This document shows, piece after piece, positions 25,456 to 36,478 of a stretch of 64,000 nucleotides of DNA. Below the pieces are notes generated by a model. That model saw only the letters and a list, made by a program, of their open reading frames with translations, was not told the origin of the DNA and made no database searches. This DNA comes from Octopus bimaculoides (lineage: Eukaryota), in contig NC_068993.1 of the NCBI RefSeq assembly GCF_001194135.2, positions 20,826,551-20,890,550 of the forward strand. The letters are read 5' to 3'. Made by a program: the position numbers and the translations under genes. Every line of letters starts with the position of its first letter. Position 1 is the stretch's first letter.

Positions 25456-26237
25456 CTTCAACCATATTTTTTTTGCAGAACTAAGATGGCAAGCATTGAT
25501 CTAACACAGTATTTGACACAGTATATTACTGGTATTTCTTTTATTTATTCCGGCAAGATTTAATTTCAGAGCAGTAGTAAGAAGTGAAGATATATAGTGA
25601 AATGTCACTGTCCTGTTGCAGTCATCTTTTCTCCCGCTCCTATCAGTGTAAAAGTAACAATAAAAATCTAACTGATTCCTCAATTTACAATGTCATACGA
25701 AACATATAAATTATAAAACAGTCTAGAGTACTGTCATAGAGATATTGTGCTTTGTAAAGGTCTTTATGTAGGGAGAAGCTGTCTCCCCGTGTAATTGAAA
25801 ACAGCGTTATTAGAAAAGGCGTGGTGCGATTGATGGGCAGGAATGGCAATGTGTTAAATCGTTTTGGTTTGACGACACTCTCTCAGACAGGGTTCAGACA
25901 AGAACGAGACACATTGGTAAATGGTTTATACAAGTTCATCACAGCAGTGTGAATCTGACAAACGGGTAAATTATATCAAACAGCATGCTGCCTATTCTGG
26001 GGTGTGCACTGCTGACAGTATATACACCATTTACTTATACTCATTCACGACATTTGTATACTCTAACATGCACGCAGCAGGTCCTTTCCCCTAATTCTTT
26101 TTTCATTTGGCCTTGATTCTTGTTTATTCTACCCTATATATTTTCATAGCCAAATATTTGGTGCTTTCAGTCTGAAACGCGTTCACGTACGCACGCTGCC
26201 ATAAGCATTCCGTATCTTAATCAGCAAAATTATAATA

Positions 26238-27144
26238 TTGGGTTGGCAATTAAGTTCCCGCCGTTTTTTTTAAATCTTAGAATTTATTGCGTTTTTAAAT
26301 CTTGGAATCTATTTATTAGTTTTTTCGAGAATTCTATTTTTGAATCATTTTAGAATTTTTTTTTTTATTTTTTTTTCGAGTTAATTTTAGTTAATTTTTG
26401 TTTATTTTCAGATCATTAAAATAGAATGTCAAGTTAAGAAAAACGAGAATTTTCGACACCTCTTTTTTGCTTTTAATCAAGGTTCTAAGGCCGCAAAAGC
26501 TGCTCGCGACATTTGTTCTGTGTATGGAGAGGGTAACATAGCTGAAAGAACCGCTCGTGAATGGTATGCCAAGTTCAAAAATGGAAATTTTGATCTCACA
26601 GACGCACCTCGTTCTGGCCGTCCAGTTGAGTTCAATGAAGAACGATTAAACCAACTTTTGCATGAAAATTCTCGTCAAACGACAAGGGAACTGGCAGAGA
26701 AAATGGAATGCTCCCACACTGCTATAGAGAAGCAACTTCACTCGATGAGAAAGGTTCAGAAGTATGGAGCATGGGTTCCGCATGCTTTAAGTGACAACAA
26801 CAAAAATCAACGAGCCACAATCTCCGCTAGATTGCTTGCTCGTCACCGCTCAACTCATGGATATAAGCAACGATTTCTTTACCGAATTGTTACTGGCGAC
26901 GAAAAATGGTGCCTGTACATCAGTATGAAGCAGCGTAAGGAATGGCTTAGCCCCGGTAAACAAGCGACACCGCGCGTGAAACAAGATCTTCATCCGCGTA
27001 AGACGATGTTATGCATATGGTGGGACTGGGAAGGGATTATCCATTACGAATTGCTTGAACGGAACCAAACGGTCAACGCGGAATACGGCTCAATACGGCT
27101 ATTCAAGAGAAAAGACCTAATCGGCAGCATGGAGTTCTTCTGCT
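26238..27144 (+). mobile_element. mariner transposon (mellifera-like subfamily), 5' TIR plus ~220 open codons, truncated by deletion and gap
   Basis: TA|TTGGGTTGGCAATTAAGTT terminus. Frame from 26421 (ATA in place of ATG): IECQVKKNENFRH...DAPRSGRP...WVPHAL...IVTGDEKW...MLCIWWDWEG; after a short deletion it resumes as LNTAIQEKRPNRQHGVLLL just before the HDNA motif. Confidence 0.92.
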
Positions 27145-27153
27145 NNNNNNNNN

Positions 27154-27465
27154 NCAAGTGTCTTCTACTATAGCCTCGGGCCGATCAATGCCTTGTGAGT
27201 GGATTTGGTGAAGGGAAACTGAATGAAGCTCATCGTATGTGTGTGTGTATGTGTATGTTTGTGTGTCTGTGTTTGTCCCCCCACCATCGCTTGACAACCG
27301 ATGTTGGTGTGTTTACGTCTCCGTAACTTAGCGGTTCGGCAAAAGAGACGGATAGAATAAATACTCGGCTTACAAAGAATAAGTCCTGGGCTCAATCTGT
27401 TCGACTACAGGTAGTGCTCCAGCATGACCACAGTCAAGATGACAGAAACAAATAAAAGAATAAAA
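27154..27465 (+). mobile_element. SINE family A abutting or interrupting the mariner
   Basis: caagtgtcttctactatagcctcgggccga...gtcaagatgacagaaacaaataaaagaataaaag. Confidence 0.9.
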
Positions 27466-27683
27466 GAATACAGAAACACGAAAAGCACACACGCATATAT
27501 ATAATATGCATGTGTGAATGTAGGCATATATAATATGCATGTGTGAATGTAGGCATATATACGCAAGACTACATGTGGGTCTGAATATATATCCGTATGT
27601 ATAATAGTGATACATGCAAAAATGCATACAATTATATAAATATATACACATGCATGTACACACAAAACATACACTATCATTAG

Positions 27684-27897
27684 TTCATCGACGACAGACG
27701 GGTGTCCACTACGCTGACGATCTTCAAGGGTCAGGTCTCCTCTACGAAACCGCTTAAACCATTTTCGAGCTGACCACTCACTGGTCATTTTCTCAGCAAA
27801 CGTTTCATCGATATCGCGAGCAGTTTCAGTTGCTGCACGTCCTTTTTTTGAAGCTCAAAAGCAAAATTGCTCGAACATCGCGCTTTGACAGTTCCAT
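27684..27897 (-). pseudogene. N-terminal fragment of a second, distinct mariner transposase
   Basis: MELSKRDVRAILLLSFKK/GRAATETARDIDETFAEKMTSEWSARKWFKRFRRGDLTLEDRQRSGHPSVVDE. Confidence 0.85.
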
Positions 27898-28320
27898 TTC
27901 AGATGACTGTAAAAACAGAATATTAAAATTTTAGATTAAAATCTTAGTTAAATATTGATATGATATATGCCTCACAGCATGGTTTTGGACGAGTTCTTAG
28001 TTGACTGAGTTGTGGAGTGGTGGTTCGTCTCTAAATTAGTTATATACATATATATTATATATTACGAAACCCGGTGTAATATTTCTGCTGTCCCTCTACC
28101 TCTACTTTTTTTATCTTCTCTCGCCGGTGTTCGGCCAAGCCTGACCTTTCTTTCTTGATTCGGCCGCAGTCCGTGTAACATTTATATTCCTCCCTGTGCC
28201 TGTGAAATCCTGTATCCCTACCGTAAGACTTTACTTGCAAGCACGCCAGCTAAATTTAATTCTTTCTTAGTCGAAAGACACCTGCTGTTATATCCTGTTA
28301 TTTGTATTTGTGTAACATTC

Positions 28321-31300
28321 NNNNNNNNNNNNNNNNNNNNNNNNNNNNNNNNNNNNNNNNNNNNNNNNNNNNNNNNNNNNNNNNNNNNNNNNNNNNNNNN
28401 NNNNNNNNNNNNNNNNNNNNNNNNNNNNNNNNNNNNNNNNNNNNNNNNNNNNNNNNNNNNNNNNNNNNNNNNNNNNNNNNNNNNNNNNNNNNNNNNNNNN
28501 NNNNNNNNNNNNNNNNNNNNNNNNNNNNNNNNNNNNNNNNNNNNNNNNNNNNNNNNNNNNNNNNNNNNNNNNNNNNNNNNNNNNNNNNNNNNNNNNNNNN
28601 NNNNNNNNNNNNNNNNNNNNNNNNNNNNNNNNNNNNNNNNNNNNNNNNNNNNNNNNNNNNNNNNNNNNNNNNNNNNNNNNNNNNNNNNNNNNNNNNNNNN
28701 NNNNNNNNNNNNNNNNNNNNNNNNNNNNNNNNNNNNNNNNNNNNNNNNNNNNNNNNNNNNNNNNNNNNNNNNNNNNNNNNNNNNNNNNNNNNNNNNNNNN
28801 NNNNNNNNNNNNNNNNNNNNNNNNNNNNNNNNNNNNNNNNNNNNNNNNNNNNNNNNNNNNNNNNNNNNNNNNNNNNNNNNNNNNNNNNNNNNNNNNNNNN
28901 NNNNNNNNNNNNNNNNNNNNNNNNNNNNNNNNNNNNNNNNNNNNNNNNNNNNNNNNNNNNNNNNNNNNNNNNNNNNNNNNNNNNNNNNNNNNNNNNNNNN
29001 NNNNNNNNNNNNNNNNNNNNNNNNNNNNNNNNNNNNNNNNNNNNNNNNNNNNNNNNNNNNNNNNNNNNNNNNNNNNNNNNNNNNNNNNNNNNNNNNNNNN
29101 NNNNNNNNNNNNNNNNNNNNNNNNNNNNNNNNNNNNNNNNNNNNNNNNNNNNNNNNNNNNNNNNNNNNNNNNNNNNNNNNNNNNNNNNNNNNNNNNNNNN
29201 NNNNNNNNNNNNNNNNNNNNNNNNNNNNNNNNNNNNNNNNNNNNNNNNNNNNNNNNNNNNNTATATAAGCACACACACACACACACACACAGAGGCACGC
29301 ATTGCATAACAGTGCTCTAAACAGCGGGACCCTTGTGTGCTTTACATGTATTTAGTGGCTTCTGCAGTTTCTGAATTTAAATTTTCTGTGTCTGGGGCTT
29401 ACATTTTTATTTCACCACATTTTTTTTTTTTTTAGATTTTGCTTTGACCTAGATACTTCATAAACCTGAAGTTACTGCGACCTAGTTGTTAGTTAAGACA
29501 TTTTCAAATGCAGACGTACGTTCACTCACTCACTCGCTCACCCACTCACCCGCTCTCTCTGTCTCTCACTCACGCGCGTGTATACCCAGACAGACAGAGA
29601 CTCACACACACACATACACACACACATATAAACTAGCAGACAGGCACACAAATTCACACAAACACACTCATATATACATATAAATCTATGTCTATATCTA
29701 TCTATCTATCTATCTATAAACATATTTATATACGTCACTAAAGTTAACAAGGGCACTAGTAAGCACCAGTGTTACTGTAAAATACTAGCTGTAGAATTGC
29801 GAATTAGCCACCCATATTATATATATTATTTATTATCATGCGCCCGGTTTCCCGGTTTCTATGGCGTATGAATCAGATCGGAANNNNNNNNNNNNNNNNN
29901 NNNNNNNNNNNNNNNNNNNNNNNNNNNNNNNNNNNNNNNNNNNNNNNNNNNNNNNNNNNNNNNNNNNNNNNNNNNNNNNNNNNNNNNNNNNNNNNNNNNN
30001 NNNNNNNNNNNNNNNNNNNNNNNNNNNNNNNNNNNNNNNNNNNNNNNNNNNNNNNNNNNNNNNNNNNNNNNNNNNNNNNNNNNNNNNNNNNNNNNNNNNN
30101 NNNNNNNNNNNNNNNNNNNNNNNNNNNNNNNNNNNNNNNNNNNNNNNNNNNNNNNNNNNNNNNNNNNNNNNNNNNNNNNNNNNNNNNNNNNNNNNNNNNN
30201 NNNNNNNNNNNNNNNNNNNNNNNNNNNNNNNNNNNNNNNNNNNNNNNNNNNNNNNNNNNNNNNNNNNNNNNNNNNNNNNNNNNNNNNNNNNNNNNNNNNN
30301 NNNNNNNNNNNNNNNNNNNNNNNNNNNNNNNNNNNNNNNNNNNNNNNNNNNNNNNNNNNNNNNNNNNNNNNNNNNNNNNNNNNNNNNNNNNNNNNNNNNN
30401 NNNNNNNNNNNNNNNNNNNNNNNNNNNNNNNNNNNNNNNNNNNNNNNNNNNNNNNNNNNNNNNNNNNNNNNNNNNNNNNNNNNNNNNNNNNNNNNNNNNN
30501 NNNNNNNNNNNNNNNNNNNNNNNNNNNNNNNNNNNNNNNNNNNNNNNNNNNNNNNNNNNNNNNNNNNNNNNNNNNNNNNNNNNNNNNTATATATATATGC
30601 ATAACTACTTACCTACATATATGACCACTTGCATGTAGCTATTCCTCAGCTGTGTAATGTGAAGAGAAATGCTTGAACATAGATTTGTGAACACAGCTTT
30701 GTGAATAGAAATGCATGTGACATGCAAATATCGCTTCTACATATACTAGACAAATGTATTTAATGAATCTTAGCTGTAGATCAGCCTCAAGAACAAGTTA
30801 GTTATAGTTAATTTTCTTGGCACCACTGCTTTAATATGTAAAACATACCTCTACACTTAGTTTGCCGATGCTGTTGAATATGCATGGAATTATTTCTTCA
30901 TATTCTCTTGCCTGTAAATTTGCGGTGTTATTACAATATATGTATTCAATCATGAATGCGCGTGTAAACATACATATGTGCACACACACACACACACAGA
31001 CACTTATGCATTCGCATTTATGTATACATTTACATGTGTGCAATGCAGCACAACTCCTAACAGACATAAAACATAGGTTGGTCATGTTCAGATCTGGTGG
31101 AGCCCATCCATCTCTAGATCGGAACGTAGCTGATTTATTCAGCAAAAGCGGAGAAAAAAGTAGTCAGACACAAATAGAGAAAGAGAGCAAAGAGTGAGAG
31201 AGAGAGAGAGAGAAAACAAGAGGGGAGAGAGAGAAAACAAGAGGGGAGAGATAGAAAGAGACGGAGAGACGGAGAGAGGGAAAAATTATTATCTAACAGC

Positions 31301-31400
31301 CTTAAATGAGGACAAGTAAATTTGACCTGGATCGTATGTGAACATATGTGTAATTACCTATCTATATATCTATCTATCTATTTCATTCTCTCTCTCTCTT

Positions 31401-31443
<43 letters not shown>

Positions 31444-32252
31444 CTCTGTATATATNNNNNNNNNNNNNNNNNNNNNNNNNNNNNNNNNNNNNNNNNNNNN
31501 NNNNNNNNNNNNNNNNNNNNNNNNNNNNNNNNNNNNNNNNNNNNNNNNNNNNNNNNNNNNNNNNNNNNNNNNNNNNNNNNNNNNNNNNNNNNNNNNNNNN
31601 NNNNNNNNNNNNNNNNNNNNNNNNNNNNNNNNNNNNNNNNNNNNNNNNNNNNNNNNNNNNNNNNNNNNNNNNNNNNNNNNNNNNNNNNNNNNNNNNNNNN
31701 NNNNNNNNNNNNNNNNNNNNNNNNNNNNNNNNNNNNNNNNNNNNNNNNNNNNNNNNNNNNNNNNNNNNNNNNNNNNNNNNNNNNNNNNNNNNNNNNNNNN
31801 NNNNNNNNNNNNNNNNNNNNNNNNNNNNNNNNNNNNNNNNNNNNNNNNNNNNNNNNNNNNNNNNNNNNNNNNNNNNNNNNNNNNNNNNNNNNNNNNNNNN
31901 NNNNNNNNNNNNNNNNNNNNNNNNNNNNNNNNNNNNNNNNNNNNNNNNNNNNNNNNNNNNNNNNNNNNNNNNNNNNNNNNNNNNNNNNNNNNNNNNNNNN
32001 NNNNNNNNNNNNNNNNNNNNNNNNNNNNNNNNNNNNNNNNNNNNNNNNNNNNNNNNNNNNNNNNNNNNNNNNNNNNNNNNNNNNNNNNNNNNNNNNNNNN
32101 NNNNNNNNNNNNNNNNNNNNNNNNNNNNNNNNNNNNNNNNNNNNNNNNNNNNNNNNNNNNNNNNNNNNNNNNNNNNNNNNNNNNNNNNNNNNNNNNNNNN
32201 NNNNNNNNNNNNNNNNNNNNNNNNNNNNNNNNNNNNNNNNNNNNNNNNNNNN
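28321..32252. other. Assembly gap cluster (28321-29260, 29884-30588, 31456-32252); further gaps at 5035, 9253, 13189, 27145, 35128, 35714, 40008, 43791, 45624 and 51524
   Basis: Runs of N; every poly-X ORF in the track is an artefact. Confidence 0.99.
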
Positions 32253-32787
32253 GAGTAATCATTTAGCCAAAATTTACTACAAAAATTTGACTACATGAAA
32301 AATTAATTCATACACCCTTTAGCTATTTTTACAAATTTTAACATTTGTCTTAACAGAAAATAGCTAGCAAAATGCAGGGTTCAAATTTCACGTAAGTATT
32401 ACAACATAATATACCTTAAAAGATTTTTTTGTACTCACCCAGAATTGACACAGAAATTATTTTAAAAGTGTTAAGCAAAAAGTTCTGGCGAATTCCTAGA
32501 GCATAAAATAATTCCATAAATGCTTAACACAAAACACTAAATGCATAAATTAAACAGACAATCACAGCTTCCAGATTCCGATTGAACCTTCTCTCACAGA
32601 AAAAAAGACTGTCACAATGATTTTTTAATTTGGCACAATGGCCATAACACAGAGAGGACAGCACAAGGACAGGCAAAACACCACAGTGGGGACAAGAAAC
32701 ACGGAACGAACGAATGAAGGTCTCCCATAAGGGTGAACCTGTTGTTGAACGTCATTGTTAAATTGCTGAATTATTAGTTACTGTTTT

Positions 32788-34106
32788 TTGCCAGTGAATT
32801 ATATTTGTCTTCCTCCCCATTTATGGGTGAAGTGGGATAAAAAGGAAGAATGGAGTGCGAACCAGTTGCAGCCGGCAGCTATGCTTCAGCCAGCCACTGG
32901 AAGAAGTTTGACAGCTGACGTGTTGCTGGTGCGAGAGATAAAGATGGACCAGAGGAAGTTGAAGGAGTTCAACAGACTCATAGAGAAGGATGGAACCAGT
33001 TTAAAGCTGACACCGCCAGAAAATTTAACAGCAAGCATGATGAAGCGGACAGTGGTGTATAGAACGCTGTCCACGACATCGAAAAAAAATAGAAATGGCC
33101 ACGGTGGAGGGTATAGAGGAATGCCTAAAGGAGGAGGAAATACGGCACAGTGGAGGTGAGATTCACGAATGCGCAAGAAGCGGTAAACCACTCCACTGTG
33201 GTGCTACGAACATCAGAGTAGGTACTGCTGCCGACTTACTGTGACAAACGAGTGACCAGGGTAAGGATTGGCAGAGTACCTCCTGAGATTGAGGAGGCGC
33301 AGCTGGTGGCAGCCGTCCTGTATAATATGGAAGAGGACGTGAAGGTGTTGGAAGTAACGAGAACGAGGGAAATATACCGTGGGGATATGGCCTACAGATG
33401 GCACTCCAAGTCAGTTTGCCAGATTTACACAATATAGCAGAGGACGTGAAACTGTCAGAGGACGTGAAACTGGGAGTAGTGGTGGAGGGAAGATCTCCAA
33501 CCTGTTACCAGTGTGGAGTAAGGGAGACACATGAAGGCAAAGTGTCCCCAGAAACACGACAAAGTTGTAGGGGAGCAGGAGCAGGAGGGTGACGAGCAGG
33601 AGCAAAATGCCGAAGTGACATACCCAGTATGTGAGAAGTGTCCAGAGAATGTGGAGGAGGAGTATACGGTGGTGAATAGAAAGAAGAAGAGGAAAGAAAA
33701 CGTGGATTCACCGCTAAAGAGTCCACTAAATAAAAGGAAGGACAGTAAAGAAGAAGCACAACATGAGACACCAACAACATCGAAGGAAGCCGACGCAGAA
33801 AAACAAGTGGGACTACAGAAACAAACATATAAAAAAGAACCAAAACATAAATGGAATATGGTAATATATGCGAAAAGTACAGAAATAGAGAAGAAAATCA
33901 CAAAAATGAAAACAGTAATAAGAGTGAAATTAACGTCGAAATTCTACCCAGAAAGCACTAAAGCAATTGTTATTGATGATGAGAGATGTGAAAAATTACG
34001 AGAACTGTTCGGTAATAAGATAGACCCAACGGGAGTACGCGTCGAGTTCGACGTCTTGCCAGCAGTAATAGAATATGACGACCTGTTGCTGTGCATAAAA
34101 TGGTAA
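32788..34106 (+). pseudogene. Gag-like ORF1 of a non-LTR retroelement (L1/Tx1-like; RRM-like region plus CCHC knuckle), frameshifted
   Basis: Joining frames gives ...MMKRTVVYRTLSTT/EMATVEGIEECLKEEEIRHS/...NHSTVVLRTSE*VLLPTYCDKRVTRVRIGRVPPEIEEAQLVAAVLYNMEEDVKVLEVTRT/GYGLQMALQVSLPDLHNIAEDVKL..GVVVEGRSPT-CYQCGVR/GHMKAKC (CX2CX4HX4C split by a 1-nt indel), then a K/E-rich tail. Confidence 0.8.
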
Positions 34107-34885
34107 ATTAAAAAAAAGTAAAATTTAAAAATTTTAAATGACAGTAAAAACAGATGCAGAAAGGAAAATAAAAACTGATTTATAAACGTTAAACGAAAAT
34201 CATTTAAATGATAGTACCTGCGAGTGGGGAGCAGACACGCCATTTCCTCCTCAAGGACACCAGGTAATTAGAATATGTTTCCACGTGGTAGTGAAAACAG
34301 TCTTATAACATCAAATGGTCGAAAATCTGTTTATTGGATTTAAAAAACCAACGAAGTTAGTTAGTGGTGAGGTGGAAGCTATTCCACGTGGTTAGATAAC
34401 CGGCCAGGTAGTAGGTTACCGATAAGTTCCTTTGCCCTGCATAACTGTCCGTGGTATAACACGTAGGAAGGAAATAACAGAGAAATAATCTCACTATCTG
34501 CAAACAAATTATCATCTTGAAATTGTACATGCAGTAGTTTGGGCTAATGAAATCTTCCCATGATATCAGCAGCCGATGGTTTGGAGTCCATTAACAGAGC
34601 ATGCATTTGATAATAACAACAAAATACATAGATAAGTCTTTCATTTGGTGGATATTGCAGGCTGTTGCAGCATAAGCAGTTTGTCAGGAGGGAGAATTAG
34701 CCGCCATTCTCATGATCACGAATTATCCAGATTAAATGGGACAAAAGGGAAACCTATCTATATTCTTAAGCCAAAAGGAGTCTATACTTTGTACAAAAAG
34801 CTTCCCTACACACACACACACGAGTAAATATATATATATATAGATTTATATATATATATATATAAAAGATAAGAGTGAAAACAAG

Positions 34886-34924
34886 TCTCTAATGTTTCGA
34901 GCCCACGGTCTTCCACAGAAAGGA
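34886..34924 (-). ncRNA. Degenerate second copy of the hammerhead-like motif
   Basis: Minus strand: CCTTT-CTGTGGA-A-GACC-gtgg-GCTC-GAAA-C-ATT-AGAGA; flanks resemble the 4.3-kb copy (cagaaag...caaggagagaaaaa). Confidence 0.4.
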
Positions 34925-35138
34925 ACACAGAAAGAACAAGGAGAGAAAAAAATGTGTATCGTGGTTAGCGATCTATCATGGCAAATTCTCCTTATCTTGA
35001 GAATTTACCATGCAATGAAAGCCGGTTTGAAATCCCTTTGAAATCCTTGCATCCATTTATATTAAAATATGCTTTCAGTTTAGAAAAAAAAAAAAAAATT
35101 CTCAAAATACAATGTTTATATACCAAANNNNNNNNNNG

Positions 35139-35672
35139 ACTGTGGCCATGCTGGAGAACCGTCTTTAGTCGAGAAAATCGACTCCAGGACTTATTCTTTG
35201 TAAGCCTAGTACTTATTCTATCGGGTTCTTTTGCCAAACCGCTAAGTTACGGGGACGTAAATACACCAGCATCGGTTATCAAGCGTTGTTGGGGACAAAC
35301 ACATACACACTAGCATATACACACATACATACACCCATACATATACATATATACGACGGGCTTCTTTCAGTTTCCGTCTACCAAATCCACTCACAAGGCT
35401 TTGGTCGGCCTGACGCTATAGTAGAAAACACTTGCCCAAAGTGCCACGCAGTGGGACTGAACCCGAAACGATGTGGTTGGTATGCCGGGCGAAATGCTTA
35501 GCGGTATTTCGTCTGCCACTACGTTCTGAGTTCAAATTCCGCCGAGGTCGACTTTGCCTTTCATCCTTTCGAGGTCGATTAAATAAGTGCCAGTTACGCA
35601 CTGGGGTCGATGTAATCGACTTAATCCGTTTGTCTGTCCCCTCTGTGTGTAGCCTCTTGTGGGCAATCAAGA
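35139..35672. mobile_element. Head-to-head junction: SINE A (-) 35139-35480 fused to SINE B (+) 35481-35672
   Basis: ...gaacccgaaacgatgtggttggta|tgccgggcgaaatgcttagcgg...; both heads are truncated at the junction. Confidence 0.8.
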
Positions 35673-36478
35673 AATAAGAAACGTACTGACCACACAGCCA
35701 CTCCTCCGCCTATNNNNNNNNNNNNNNNNNNNNNNNNNNNNNNNNNNNNNNNNNNNNNNNNNNNNNNNNNNNNNNNNNNNNNNNNNNNNNNNNNNNNNNN
35801 NNNNNNNNNNNNNNNNNNNNNNNNNNNNNNNNNNNNNNNNNNNNNNNNNNNNNNNNNNNNNNNNNNNNNNNNNNNNNNNNNNNNNNNNNNNNNNNNNNNN
35901 NNNNNNNNNNNNNNNNNNNNNNNNNNNNNNNNNNNNNNNNNNNNNNNNNNNNNNNNNNNNNNNNNNNNNNNNNNNNNNNNNNNNNNNNNNNNNNNNNNNN
36001 NNNNNNNNNNNNNNNNNNNNNNNNNNNNNNNNNNNNNNNNNNNNNNNNNNNNNNNNNNNNNNNNNNNNNNNNNNNNNNNNNNNNNNNNNNNNNNNNNNNN
36101 NNNNNNNNNNNNNNNNNNNNNNNNNNNNNNNNNNNNNNNNNNNNNNNNNNNNNNNNNNNNNNNNNNNNNNNNNNNNNNNNNNNNNNNNNNNNNNNNNNNN
36201 NNNNNNNNNNNNNNNNNNNNNNNNNNNNNNNNNNNNNNNNNNNNNNNNNNNNNNNNNNNNNNNNNNNNNNNNNNNNNNNNNNNNNNNNNNNNNNNNNNNN
36301 NNNNNNNNNNNNNNNNNNNNNNNNNNNNNNNNNNNNNNNNNNNNNNNNNNTATATATATATATATGGCTCATTTGATACTTACCTTTAATTGATTTCACG
36401 TTGTCTTTGTAAATATTCAACGTAACAGAGGGACAGAAATATTATATTGACGAACTAAGTGTATTTTTTAACTATTAA

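Noticed and set aside
28055-28320. GC-richer segment with signal-peptide-like and LAEHRR translations
   Set aside because: Short, stop-terminated and cut by a gap, so it cannot be assigned
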